Source of the DNA: Geosiphon pyriformis uo1
Taxonomy: Eukaryota > Fungi > Glomeromycota
Assembly: GCA_016748015.1 (NCBI GenBank)
Contig: JAAOMT010000595.1
Span: 128,282 to 192,281, forward strand
Direction: 5' to 3'
Length of the DNA stretch: 64,000 nucleotides
Below, piece by piece: positions 1 to 12,900 of this stretch. Numbering within the stretch: the first letter of the stretch is position 1; the number at the start of each line of letters is the position of its first letter. A program made the translations under genes and the position numbers. The notes below the pieces were generated by a model. It searched no databases. It had not been told where the DNA came from and saw nothing but the letters and a program-made list of their open reading frames with translations.

Positions 1-1289
1 AAGCAAAAAATAAAAAAATTTTATTTTTTTATTTTTTAAAGTATTTAATAAAAAGTACTAATTTGGTATTCAGATTTTTATATAATTACTAAACATATAA
101 ATAAAACTACAATTAGTTTGTATTTTTATTTTATAAAATTCTGTATTATTGTTTATCTGTTACTATTTATAAATACTTAATTAATAAGAAGTATTTTAGT
201 ATTTTGTGTCTGCATTATAAAAAAAAAAAATTTTAATATTCATAAAAAATTGTTAAAATTATATACAGCTTTGTAAAAATCTATATTAGATTTTAATTGG
301 TTTTTATTATGTGTTTTAAATATAAGACAATATTACTAGTAAAAAAACATATTTTTAAGAATTTTTTTAACAACAATAATACTTTTTTTCAACAACATAT
401 ATAATTATATATATTATTATTAATTATAGTATATACATAATTATATGGATTATTTTAATATTTAAGAGAGTAAAAAAGTATTAAACAAATTATTAAAATA
501 AAAAAAATTGTTATTACTATTTATTTTTAAACAAAAAGCAAATTAAAACCAAAAAACAAACTATTTAACCAAAACATAATCAAAATTTTTTTAAAAAATC
601 ATTAAAAAAATGTAGTATTTAAAAATTTATTTTAAAAGTAAAAATAAAAAAATTATAAAAGATTTTATAAAAAAAACATAATTAAATTATTTAATTAATT
701 AAAACACTATTTTTAAGATCCAATCTTTAACAATATAATATTTTTTATTATTAATTAACATCATAATAAAAACAAAGTCAGATAATAAAACTAATAGCTT
801 ATTCAATAAAATAAAATATATTAAAAAACCAAAAGTAATAAAAATTTAAAAGAATAATAAAGAATACATATATATTTTAAATATTAATAAGAAATATTTA
901 AAGCTTGAGAAAAAAGAATAAAAAAAGAAATATATAGAAAAAATAATTAACTGCTTATTATAAAGCTATAGAAAAAAGTTGATTTAGTATAAAATTAATA
1001 CTTTTTTTAATTTATAAAAAGCTGTATATATAATTAAATTACATAAAATTTATATATTATATTAAAACTATTTTAGATACATTAATTATTTATATATATT
1101 AAATTAATAAATTTAATTATAAGCTTACTTAGTATATTATTTTTCTAAAAACTAATAATTTAAATAATCAGATTTAGATAATTAGATTTAAAATTGTAAT
1201 TATATATTATTAATACTAATTATAATCATAATTAATACAATTAGACATAAATTAATTAATTATATTTCTTGGTAATTATTTCTAAATAA

Positions 1290-2123
1290 TATTATAAATA
1301 ATTATTTAAGATATTAAAACAAATAACAAACTTATAACTCAGTACTTAATAGCTATATATAATAGTAATTTCTGAAGATTTTAAAGTCTAAGAATTTTAG
1401 TTGAGTTCTTTGTATAATAAACAAAAATTTAGTTAATAGTTTTTTTTTAATTTTTGTTTTTAGCATAATAGCCAGTTTATTTTGGCAGTTATGTTTTTTT
1501 GATAAGTTATTTTTAAGTTTTTTTACCTTTGTTTTATGTGTTTTTTATCAAATTATTCTTAACATTAATTATTCAATACTTAATCTCTTAATTAATTAGT
1601 AATAACAAAGAAAACAAACAAAAGAAAATAATAAAAAAAAAAAAAAAGAAAAAAAGAAAATAAGAAATTAGTATTTTATTAATAGTCATAATTAAAAGCT
1701 ATTAGTCTCATGTAGTTAAATATTAAATTCTATCAACATAAATTGTTGATAGTATAGAATTGATTAATATTTCTTAATCAAGCAATAATAATATAAATTT
1801 GAATAATAAGAGATACTTTTATTAATATAAATATAATTTCATTTTAAGTTATAGAAAATTATTTTTTAAAGGAAGAATTATTAGATAATTACTTGTTTTT
1901 AACTATTGTTTTGAATTTTTTTTCTGCTTCTAACACTCTCACTATATATATATAATTTATGTTATACAAAATTTTTTAAAATTTTTTAATTCTTTTAAAA
2001 AAATTCTGAAATTCTGAAATCTTATAATTTTATAAAAAAAATCCTAAAATTATTTTTTTTACTATGGTCTTTTCTTATTGGCTATTTTTCTACTTATTAT
2101 AATTCTTATTTCTATGAGTAACA
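1290..2123 (-). mobile_element. Decayed solo LTR (B/D/G-type) inserted in the left LTR of element F
   Basis: Aligns to the LTRs at 24822-25694 and 61590-62366 (start TATTATAAATAATTATT, hairpin CTATCAACA..TGTTGATAG, end CTATGAGTAACA). 4-bp TSD ATAA/ATGA. The host repeat resumes at 2128. Confidence 0.85.
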
Positions 2124-2597
2124 ATGATAATTAAAATATTAAATTACATAAATAGAGATGTATAAAAATCTTAAAACATAACAAAATCTATTGTTATTAA
2201 ATTATATATATTAATTTTTAATTTTTATTGGTGTTTTTTAGTTTGTCAAGATTTTTTTGTATTTAATTTAGTTAAATAATTAAATTGTATCATATTTTTT
2301 TGTTATTATTAAGCTGATTTTTGATCTTTTATTTTTTATTTGCTGGTTAATTTTGTTGATTAAATATAATAATGTAGGATTTTTTTACATAATTTTAATA
2401 GTAATTTTTATGATATGTATTGTAATTTTTGTATTCAAAAACTGTAAAAATCTTTGATAACATTTTCTCTGTTTTTATAAAAATAAACTTTAATAAATTA
2501 TTAAGATATATTTTTCTATTAATAAAATTAAAATTTTTTAAGATAAAGATTTATAATATTTATAGTTGTTTTTATATTGATAATGAGAAACATTATA

Positions 2598-3986
2598 TGT
2601 TATTAGCAAAAAAACATGGTTTTAAGAATTTTTTTAATAACAATAATTCTTTTTTTTAGCAATATATATAACCTTATATATTATTATTAACTATAGTATA
2701 TATATAATTTATTTCAGTATTTAGAAGAGTAAAAGAGTATTAAATAAATTATTAAAGTAAAAAAAAAATTGTTATTATTATTTATTTTTGGACAAAAATT
2801 ATTTTTAGTATAAGTTTTATAAAAAAAAACAATTAAATCCATATTTAGAACATAAAATAAATTAAAACCAAAAAACAAACTATTCAACCAAAATATAACC
2901 AAAATTTTTTTAAAGTTATCAAAAAAATGTGATATTTAAAAATCTGTTTTAAAAATAAAGATAAAAAAATTATAAAAAATTTTATAAAAAAAACATAACT
3001 AAATATTTAATTAATTAAAACATTATTATTGAGATTTAATTTCTAACAATATAACATTTTTTATTATTTGATTAGTACCATAATAAAAACAAGATTAGAT
3101 AATAAATCTAATAATTTATTTAATAAAATAAGATATAATATGAAATATTAATAACATATATTAAAAAATTAAAAGTAATAAGAATTCAAAAAAACAATAA
3201 AAAATACATATATATTTCAAACATTAATAAAAAGTATTTAAAGCTTGAAAAAATAAAAAAAAAACATTGAAAAAAAACCAACTGCTTACTATAAAGCTAT
3301 AAAAAAGAATTAACTTAATATAAAACTAATATTTTTTTTAATTATAAAAAACTGTATATATAGTTAAATTATATGAAATCTATATACTATATTAAGACTA
3401 TTTTAAATATATTAATTATTTATATACATTAAATTAATTAATTTAATTGTGAACTTATTTAGCATATTATTTTTTAGAAACCAATAATTTAAATGATCAG
3501 ATTTAAATGATTAAATTTAAATGATTAGATTTAAAACTGTAATTATATATTATTAATACTAATTATAATTATAATTAATACAATTAGATATAGATTAATT
3601 AATTATATTTTTTGGTAATTATTTTTGTATAATAATTACAAATTTAGAATATTAAACTATATAAATAAAAATATATAAGAATCTTAGAGCATAATAAAAT
3701 CTGTTATTATTAGATTATATACATTAATCCTTAATTTTTATTGGTATTTATTAATTTGCCAAGATTTTTTTGTATCTAATTTAATTAAATAGTTAAATTG
3801 TGTCATATTTTTTTGTTATTATTAAGCTAATTACTGATCTTTTATTTTTTATTTGCTGGCTAATTTGTTAATTAAATATGATAATATAAGTCTTTTTTAT
3901 ATGATTTTAATAATAATTTTAATAATAATTTTTATGATATGTGTTGTAATTTTAGTATTAAAAAACTGTAAAAATTTTTGATAATA
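2598..3986 (-). repeat. Uninterrupted LTR copy of element F
   Basis: Colinear with 331-1289 and 2128-2462, differing mostly by transitions. Confidence 0.75.
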
Positions 3987-5472
3987 ACAGTTATAAAAAA
4001 AATAGTTTAATACTCTATAATAGCTTTGTGTTTTTTGTAGTCTATAATTTTTTGTTAATACTTTTTAATAATATTGTTTAATTATTGAGAATTATTGAAT
4101 TCTTTGGTATTTGTTTTGAATTATATAAGTTGTATTTATTTTTTACAAATATTAATAGTTTTATTAATATTGTAATAAATATATAATATTGTCTTAACTG
4201 GTCTAAATAGTTGATTATATGTAAAAAATATATAATTTATGCTTAATTTAGATTAATTAGTTTGATGTATTATACTAAGTTGTGTTTAGATTTTATTTAT
4301 TAAAAAAAAATAAAGCATTTGTAATTATTAAAGTTATTTAATAATACTTTATAAAAACACTTTTTTTAAATAATATAGTTGTTAATTAATCTTTTACTAA
4401 TTTTAAAATACTATTTTTGGTTAAAAATAATATATTAGAAATAATTTTAATATAATTATTATTTTATTAAAATCTTTAATATTTTTATTTATAAATTAAT
4501 AATCAGAGTATTATTTTTTTTTCTTTTAAATTAATTATCAATTTTTTGATTTTTTCTGGCTTTTTTATTAATTCTGTATTATTTATACCAATTATAGTAC
4601 TTAATTTTGTTATAGTTATAAATAAATAAAAATTATTTTAAACAATAATAATAACCAATCTTAATCTGAATTAGTTTTTAATTATATTATTAATTAAATT
4701 ATTGAATTATTTGATCTTATTAATACTAAGTTTTATATTTAAGTTTTTATTCTATTGGTTTTTTTTCTTGTTATTGCTGTTGTTGTTAATTCTTTAATTG
4801 GTTTTAAATTGTTTTTTTTTAAAATCTGAATTGGTTAAGTTGATTTTGCTAGTTAAGTCTATTATTAAGCTTATTGGTATTCTGGTTTTTGTTATACAAT
4901 ACTCTTTCTGCTATATATGCAAAGTTGAAAATAAAATTACTGTTTTTGAAAAGATTTTTAATAAGTTGAATAAGAAGATTGTTAAACTTAAGATAAAGTA
5001 TAAGATTAAAAATGATAATATGAATGTTTCAAATATTAATGAAGATACATTTGCTTAAATGATGGCTCTTTAGAAGCATTAAAAAGCCTAGTATCAAATT
5101 GAATGTAAATGAAACTGCCAAGTAATTAAGTAGTATGATTACGAATAGTAGTATGTTGGTTGCTTTTATGCACAAGATGCCTTTTCAGAGTAAGTTTTTC
5201 TCATTAGTTTAGCCTGGACTGGGCTCGTGTCTGGTCACATTAGAAAGCCACGTTAATCAAAAAAAATGTCTGAAATTACTTGTAATTTTTAATTAATAAA
5301 AAAATAATTGGAAATTTCATAATGTTATTGGCATAAATTCTGTCAATCAAATGACAGAATATTCGAAATTTGACTTCGGAAAACCTCACCTTTATTGTCC
5401 ACTGTTTCTACTTTAACAAAACGTATCCGAATTATATTTTATATTGCAAGTTCTTTAAAGCTTTACATAGTT

Positions 5473-6399
5473 ATGTCTGGTCGAGGAAAGTATCATGGCA
5501 AGAGAAAGCCTACACGGGGTGGTGGGCACAAGTTTACTCCAGCGCGCCGACTAGCTGCTTCAAAGGCAGATGAAGAGTCAGGAATGTGGGGAGAGGTAAC
5601 TACTTGTTTGGTTTAAAAGTTCTGAGTTGGTTTATATTGTTTAACTGGCTTTCTAAAAGCCTCGGGAAAAAGAGGAGGAGGAGAACGATAGCTCCGTGGA
5701 GGATAGCGGCGATGCAAAGGAGGCAATAAATAACAAGGAGTTGATCAAAAAGCAGTCGGATTCCGATACAGGGTCAGAAAGTGAGAGTGACGAAGATGAA
5801 AATTCTGTGAGTATCCTCCTCACTGTCAATACTTCAAACCTCGTTTTACGAAACCTTCAATTAAGGCGTGGCTTCGTTGGGTATGGTGTATTTGGGCGAA
5901 AATAGTCGTCTAGAAAAGCAAAATCGTCTACCCAAGGAATAATTGAAGTGGAAAATCCAAATAGAGTCAAAAAAGACAATCTTAAAGCTTCAGAGATCTC
6001 CACAGAACCCAGAGAAATGACTCGTAGGGAAAGGTGCGTATAGATTCATTCCAAGACAATTGACCCACATTTATGTTCACGTTTGGTATCTGAATTTTTT
6101 AAGGGAAGCGGCTGAAAAAGCAGCGAGTAGACAACGGTATTTAAAAATGCACGCAGAAGGTAAAACTGACCAGGCAAAAGCAGATCTTGCCCGTTTGGCG
6201 GTAATACGACAACAGCGTGAAGAAGCTGCACAGCAACGGAAAGCTGAGGCTGAAGGTAACTTGGCAACTTTGAGCAAAGTTTTTCATATTATTTTCCTTT
6301 TGAATTGAAAATCTTTCAATAATTAATTAAACTTTAGCTAAGGCGGCAGATCAAAAAGCCAAAATAGAGAAAGAAGGTCGAAAGGGCAAAAAGCCATAA
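5473..6399 (+). CDS. PDAP1: 28 kDa heat- and acid-stable phosphoprotein / PDGFA-associated protein 1 homolog, 203 aa; join(5473..5595,5660..5806,5906..6033,6104..6255,6338..6399)
   Basis: Four GT-AG introns give an open 612-nt CDS: [18 protein letters not shown], an acidic Ser tract, [19 protein letters not shown], and [31 protein letters not shown]. These are typical PP28/PDAP1 motifs. Confidence 0.93.
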
Positions 6400-6881
6400 G
6401 CAAAAAAAGATGAGGAGAGTTTTGGATCGAACAAAATTCAAGATTTTCGCCTGCCAGAATCCATTATTTTATCATTCTTAATAATATTATTTTAATCCAC
6501 TTTCCTGTTGATTTTTGGTCAACTTAATGGATTTGAAAGTATGAAATTTCTCAATCCTTGATTTTTGACACTACTTTCTAGATTTTCCTCTCGCTTACGA
6601 GCTATTTTCGGCGTTAAAAATTACCGAATCTTAATGAAAGATCGAAATAATTTACAATTAACCGCTAAAGGTGGAAGCGAAACAATCAACCTGACATTTC
6701 GATTTTATTGGATACACTTCATTTGTCAAGAATTCTCCAGAGACCCTAAATGTTGGGTTTAATTAATTTAACAAAATGCTTCAACATATACTTTTGAAGC
6801 TGGAAATGATCTCAATAATGAAAGATTCGGAATAGGGGTTTTTTCTTTTCTGGGAAGGCCGAGTCAATTTATGAAGTCCCT

Positions 6882-6905
6882 CCCCCCCCCCCCCCCCCCC
6901 CCCCC
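6882..6905. repeat. C24 homopolymer (G24 on the PPR sense strand, downstream of its stop codon)
   Basis: Direct reading of the sequence. Confidence 0.9.
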
Positions 6906-6976
6906 AAGTCCTATCAGTTTATCAAGGAAATCAACAATTTTCAGTATCATCTAATTTCAATCTTTGACGATGAATA

Positions 6977-9136
6977 TCATATCTTTGAAGGAGGCTCTAA
7001 TATGTGTCGATAATGCAGGTGTGGGTTTGAATTCCGATGTCTCCAACGATAGATTCTACTTGGAAATTTGATTCCTCGGTTTCGCAATTTTTTCTCGATC
7101 TCCCAAAGAGTTTCTAAGCCTCCGTGGTCTTCAATAAAACATAAACAAAATGCCATTTCTCTAATTCCTAATTGAATTTTTTTTTCTGTCAATTTCATTA
7201 GAGCTTCAATGAGTTCGTCAACTTGTTTCTCCCTGCCCATCATTTTTATATAAGTGCGAAGATTGTTTTCATGTAAGCCGCCCTCATTCACCAAATCATA
7301 GAAAATTTTTTTTCCTTCGGCTAAACGTTTGTGTTTGAAACACGTTAACATAACTATGTTGACAGATACATGATTGGGCGCGGGATTCTTATTTATCCAC
7401 ATATTGTTATAAAAGCCGAACACTGAATCTATTTGTCCAGCTCGCTCACAAGCATCCATCAAACAATTAATACATACTGCATCAGGGATGATGCCACCTT
7501 TTATCATATCGTGATAAACTTGTAAAGCATTTTCAAGTTTCCCTGCTTTGCAATAACCCGACATTAGGGTACAATAGGTGTGTAAAGTTGGTTTAATACC
7601 TTGTTCTTGCATTTTAGAAAAAATTTGACCCGCATATTCATTCTGGCCTGAATCTGTAAAGGCTTTTATCAGCACGGTGAATGTGTAGGCATTTGGTTCA
7701 ATATTATCTTTCAGCATTTGTTGATAGATTGTCATCGCCTCTTTGAATCGCAATGCTTTTGTATAAGCATGAATCAATGCCGTATATGCTACAACATCAG
7801 GTTTTAGTCCCTTTTCTTTCATTTTGTCAAATATACGGGGAGCCATTATCGCATATTTTAGATTCCGTGTCCAGGCAGCCATCAATGCAGTGTAGGTTTT
7901 TAAATTGGGAGCTCTTTGATTTACAATCATATTGTAAAAATATGTCCCTGCAACGTCTATCTTATCCTGCCTTCCACAAATTGAGATCAAACTTGTATAA
8001 TGAACAGCATTCGGTTCTATATTGTAATTTTCCATCTCCTCAAAATATTTACGGCATGCATTAAGATCCCCGGCGTTTGAGCATGCTTGCAGAATATGTG
8101 CAAATGAAAAAGCATTTGGGTGTCCATTTAGTAACAGCATATCTTTGAATATTCGCTGAGCTTCCTCCTTCCTTCCATTTCTGCCACACAATAATATTAA
8201 ATGGTCATAGGAAATTCTTTCCGGCATTAACTTTAATTTTTTCATCCTCTCATACAAAGATAAAGCAGGCTCAACTTGGTTTTCTCGTAAATAATAGGAA
8301 ATTATAGTAGCAGAAGACTTTGAATTGGGCTTGATACCATAGTCGGTATCCATTCGTTTGAAAAATTCCCTTAACCATTTTCGATCAGCACCATATTTCT
8401 TTATCACCCTGTTTATCCATTTTAAAGTAAACGGAAGAAAAGAATCTTCATACTCTTTAAGGCATTCCTTTGCGCGATCAAATTCACAATTAATGAAACA
8501 TTTCACGATTTTTAAGGTCTCCTCATATATAGCAATAGATTCGATCTGAGGAGCTAGATCAGCGAGTAGAAGTTCAGCTTTTTCTACTTCGAAATGAGAC
8601 AGCAGAAAAAATAGCAATCTTTTGTATCGTCGAATTGGTAGATCAATTATATATTTTTTTGCTTTGAACTGACTATAAATCCACCAACATTTATCGATCC
8701 ACATTTTTTGAAGTGCCTCATCAAACGCAGATGAAATATTTTCTTGACTGATTTTCATCCAATCTTCTGGTTTACACTCATGAGCGCTGGATATTGCTAG
8801 GTCAGATTCAGCTGGTTTTAAAAGTTTATCCGAATACATATATTCCCTTCGATCTTTCACTAAAGCCCCAAATAATTTTTGTCTGTATTTCATAAATCGC
8901 ACGCTTTCTTTCCTATCATTCATTTCAGAGAGGACTGCATCAACAGGCTTTAAATTCGTAAGAATATGCATAATCTTTAACGGTTCACAGGGCTGTTCTC
9001 GTGGCTGGTATCGGATGTGTGTTTTATAATTCAGGGTCAAGAAAAAGCGGGTTGGATAGAGCGTAAGGCATTTTGCAGCTAACTGGGTTCTAAAATAGTC
9101 GGCGTAGCTTACTTTTCGCCAAACTGGGAGATTCAT
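6977..9136 (-). CDS. Pentatricopeptide repeat (P-class PPR) protein, 719 aa, probably a mitochondrial RNA-binding factor
   Basis: Single open frame with at least 10 contiguous ~35-aa motifs, e.g. PDVVAYTALIHAYTKALRFKEAMTIYQQMLKDNIE and PTLHTYCTLMSGYCKAGKLENALQVYHDMIKGGII. The N-terminus is basic and acid-poor, like a presequence. CpG content is normal. Confidence 0.93.
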   Translation of the reverse strand: MNLPVWRKVSYADYFRTQLAAKCLTLYPTRFFLTLNYKTHIRYQPREQPCEPLKIMHILTNLKPVDAVLSEMNDRKESVRFMKYRQKLFGALVKDRREYMYSDKLLKPAESDLAISSAHECKPEDWMKISQENISSAFDEALQKMWIDKCWWIYSQFKAKKYIIDLPIRRYKRLLFFLLSHFEVEKAELLLADLAPQIESIAIYEETLKIVKCFINCEFDRAKECLKEYEDSFLPFTLKWINRVIKKYGADRKWLREFFKRMDTDYGIKPNSKSSATIISYYLRENQVEPALSLYERMKKLKLMPERISYDHLILLCGRNGRKEEAQRIFKDMLLLNGHPNAFSFAHILQACSNAGDLNACRKYFEEMENYNIEPNAVHYTSLISICGRQDKIDVAGTYFYNMIVNQRAPNLKTYTALMAAWTRNLKYAIMAPRIFDKMKEKGLKPDVVAYTALIHAYTKALRFKEAMTIYQQMLKDNIEPNAYTFTVLIKAFTDSGQNEYAGQIFSKMQEQGIKPTLHTYCTLMSGYCKAGKLENALQVYHDMIKGGIIPDAVCINCLMDACERAGQIDSVFGFYNNMWINKNPAPNHVSVNIVMLTCFKHKRLAEGKKIFYDLVNEGGLHENNLRTYIKMMGREKQVDELIEALMKLTEKKIQLGIREMAFCLCFIEDHGGLETLWEIEKKLRNRGIKFPSRIYRWRHRNSNPHLHYRHILEPPSKI

Positions 9137-9139
9137 TAA

Positions 9140-9250
9140 AATTCGAATTTTTTCTCATGACGCGTTTAAAAAGATTGAATCACATGACGTAGCTAAGTCG
9201 ATTGGTTTGCATTGAAAAGTTTTTTTATCAAATCATTTACGCGTTTATGC
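9140..9250 (-). promoter_or_regulatory. Putative proximal promoter of the PPR gene
   Basis: CpG-retaining patch with ACGCGT twice (9160-9165, 9239-9244), CATGACG twice, and CCAAT on the minus strand (~9201). Confidence 0.35.
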
Positions 9251-9937
9251 TCAGTTCTTTGAATTTCTTTTTCTTACAATTTTAAGGATCTTCTCTGAAG
9301 CTAATTTTGCAATTGTCTGAAGTGTTTTTCTAATCCAAAAACACATAATGTTGATAATGTTTTAGACCACATCTTAAAAAATATATCTTTGTAAATTTTT
9401 CTGTCAGTAATAGTTGTAAGTTTTAACAGTTTTGTAACAAAAAATTTAAGTTTTTCAAATGCTATTTTATTTCTTTGATTATTGTTATGATATTAAATAT
9501 TGTATGTTAAAACTACATAATTGTAGTTTTACAAGATAACAACTGATAACACCATTTAAAAACTTAATAAAAAAATTTTTATAACCATTTTTAAACCATA
9601 AAAGATATATAAAATTAATAAAAAATAATATGTTAATATAATAATGTTAAACAATCTTAATAGTTAAATTTATTTTATTTTTTAACTTTTGAATTTAATT
9701 TGTATAATTTATAAAAATATTGTAAATAAAATTTGTGTGCAATACTTAATAATTTAAAAATTTTTAATATTAAAAAAGTTTTTAAGTACAATTTATTATA
9801 AAATTTTTTTTTTTTATTTGCTTAACAAGTAAGGTCCAAACACTATCTAGTGCTATACATCAAAAAAATGATCTAAACTAGGCATAAATCATGCACTTTC
9901 TACATGTGACCAGCTATTTGGGCTGATTAGAACAACA

Positions 9938-12900
9938 TTACACAACTATGTGAACTGAAACCAGATCACTTATACCCGAAAAAAACAAAGAAGATTTGTG
10001 AAAACCAAACCAAATACCAAAAGCATCAGTAATACCAAGCAATTTGACCATATCAGCAGAAAGCCTTGAAGCCAAACCAGAAACTAAAATAAGAGCCAAA
10101 CCATCAAGAGGAATCAACCTGTTTCTTTCTATATAAGCTTAATATTTAGCATGAACTGACCAAACTTCATTCCTAAAAGCTAAACCAAAAGAGTGTACAA
10201 ACTTAACAATCTCCAAACCAGTAATTTTAGTATCATAAAAGACAGAGACAGCTTCATAAAACCAACCATTAAAAACAAAACCCTTACAAAAAGCCATGAA
10301 TACAAGGAAATCAGAACTACAGGATGACAGCAGCTATAAAACACCAGAAAAGGAATAAAAAAAATGGGAAACTGCCTTCCAGAAATTCACATGAGAATCC
10401 AATAACTAATGTCGAATAGATTCATCGATCCTGCAAGAAAACACATAATCTGATACTTTAATATTACCATAATATAAGCACAATACACTAAAATAAAGTA
10501 TACTATAAAAGTGCTTCCATACAGCAACCAGTAGTTGATAATGCAAAGCTTTTATAAAGTATGTATGTATATTAGCCAAGAGTTTGCTAGTAAAACTGAC
10601 AGCCATGTGTAAGTCAGGATGCCACACCAAAGATGAACAAAGCCAATCAATCTCTGGAATCAAACTGCCCATCAAAAACTTGGAACCAGACCCAACTTCC
10701 CAGCATGTATGATATACAGAATGATAAATATCACATACAAAGTGTCTAAAATTGCCAGAAATAATACTATTATCAGCCACTATGAAATGTTTATCTAAGC
10801 AAGAAGGAAGATGCCAACTAGAAAAAAAAACAGCACTGGCAATCATGTCAGCATGCTCATTCCCTGAAATGCCAGAGTGACTCTTTATCTTGTGCCAACT
10901 AATTCTTAAATTCTTACTATAAATAACATTAATAATATGCTGATGTTTGATCCAGCACTTATTGTGAAAGTCAAGACACACCAGATCTAATTCCAATTTA
11001 CAAGCATCCAAAGTAGATTGACTATCCGAAAACAAGTGAACAGAACTAAACACAGGAACACACTACAAAGCCAATGCAATAGTCTGTAATTCCACCATAG
11101 CCAACGATATCAAACCTAATATACCAATGCCCAAACCCAAATTAATGTTCTCAAAAAAAAAAGCAGTGCTAACTTTACAGCCTACTGTGCTCAAATCCTT
11201 TAGAGATCTATCCATATATACAGATAAACTACCAGAATTAACTCAAGAGAAACAGTCACAAATAGATGCAAAATCATCAAATTCAAGAATGCTTAGATAA
11301 CCAACTCCATTTGAACCCAAGGAATAAGCAGAGAAGGGAGTTAAACCATTAAGAAATACCACAGAAATCTTGAACCATTTAAGAACAAGACCATGAGAGT
11401 CCAGCCTTTTCCACCATCTGAAAGTACACCAGTCAAAAACAGCACCATAACTATTCCAAAATTGATTCACAAAAGCTACACTATACTAATGAAGAGAAAA
11501 AAAAACTTGAAAAATCTAGACTCGCCCAAAACAGCAGACATAGAAGTCCTATTATGAAACCAAAAAGAATTGGCCAAAAAGCCACCCAGGGACAGATTGC
11601 AATCAAGAAGAATGCAAATCATGTTTGCCAGAAAGTTATTTAAAGCACTGATACACACATGGACAGAAGAACTCAATAGATAAACAGGACACCAATACAG
11701 AACTTGTAAGTTATGTGATCTGTAAGAAAACAAGTGACCTAAAACTCCATCAGAGTTCGCAAAATTAACTAGGAAAGCAACTTTACTCTCAGACTGAACT
11801 TGTAAGAAAGATTTCAAACCATAAAAAGAAGGGTAGTGAATTGTGTTATTAGGAAAGTCAAGCGGGAGACCAGATTTAAGCTTTAAGTCTTTGTGAACCA
11901 AAGCATTCCATTTGTTGCAAACACCAACGGGAATAAAGCTGAACTGCATTTTATAACTGACTATAGGATAAAGAACCACTAATACCAAATACAAAAGCTG
12001 CTTATCTGAGACAGCCTTCCTTAGAACCAGATTGGTGAAGAAATGAATGTCTGAATTAGTCTTTGTCAAACTAGGCTTCAAGAGACCCTCAATTGAGAGA
12101 AAAATACCTAAATACCAATGAGATTCTCTCTTTTTGGCAATGGAGATTGGTGATCCACTAATAGAAAGATAAGGATTACTGGCTCTGCTGTTGATAGGAA
12201 TGACCACTGTTTTGTTATTATTAATAGAAATGTTATTGATTTGAAAAAATTTGCCAGCAATATCAAAAATGTATTGAGTAGCCCTCTGACTGCTATCAAT
12301 CCAAATTGTATTATTGATGAAAGTGCCAGCAGCAAAAAAAGAAGAAAGCCCAATCTAAGACTTGGTGTAACCACTTTTGGAGATAAAATGAGAATTCAAT
12401 CTATACCCACACACACTCTTCTGACACTTGACTTCACACAATAAAGGGTTATAAAATATGAGCTACAGGAGAGAAAAAAACACCTCTCCTTGGTCCAGAC
12501 TATCATGCACATGATAACCACCTGTTAAACTAAAATCTGTTATAACTCTGTTGGTGCAATCCTTATGAATGCCACCGAAGAAACAAATAAACTTGCTGTA
12601 CATTTTGATTCTGACCAAACTCTTCTTAAGATGTTTCCAGCCAACTGAATCATATGTCTTTTACATGTCTTATAAAACTAGCCAAAGCTCTTGGTCTTTT
12701 TCCAGAGCATTCTTAATAACTGAACCAATAGCAAAAATGAGAGATTAAGTCAACATGCCCTTCAAAACTGAAAAATTGTCCCCATAAAAAACATTAAAAA
12801 TGATGCATGCCAAAGAAATTCTGTCAGAAAGAATCTTAGAAAGAATTTTATGAGCTGTTTTGATTAAAGCAATAGGACAAATATTTGTCAGAACACTTTT

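Larger units (their letters stand above)
331..3986 (-). mobile_element. Non-autonomous LTR element (F): two ~1.3-1.4 kb decayed LTRs around a ~135 bp internal segment
   Basis: 331-1289 plus 2128-2462 is a direct repeat of 2598-3986. Ends are TATTA/TGTTA...GATAACA/GATAATA. Flanks are ACAA (327-330) and ACAG (3987-3990). A PPT-like pyrimidine run follows 2462, and a decayed PBS-like GAGAAACATTATA precedes 2598. Confidence 0.75.

Noticed and set aside
2429-5058. Short K/I/N/F-rich ORFs in the AT-rich left arm
   Set aside because: These are compositional artefacts of decayed repeats with no recognisable domain. 3991-5050 and 47632-48790 may be Gypsy relics, but I could not align them reliably.
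5370-6308. Several small ORFs as separate genes
   Set aside because: They are exons, alternative frames or antisense frames of the spliced PDAP1 gene.
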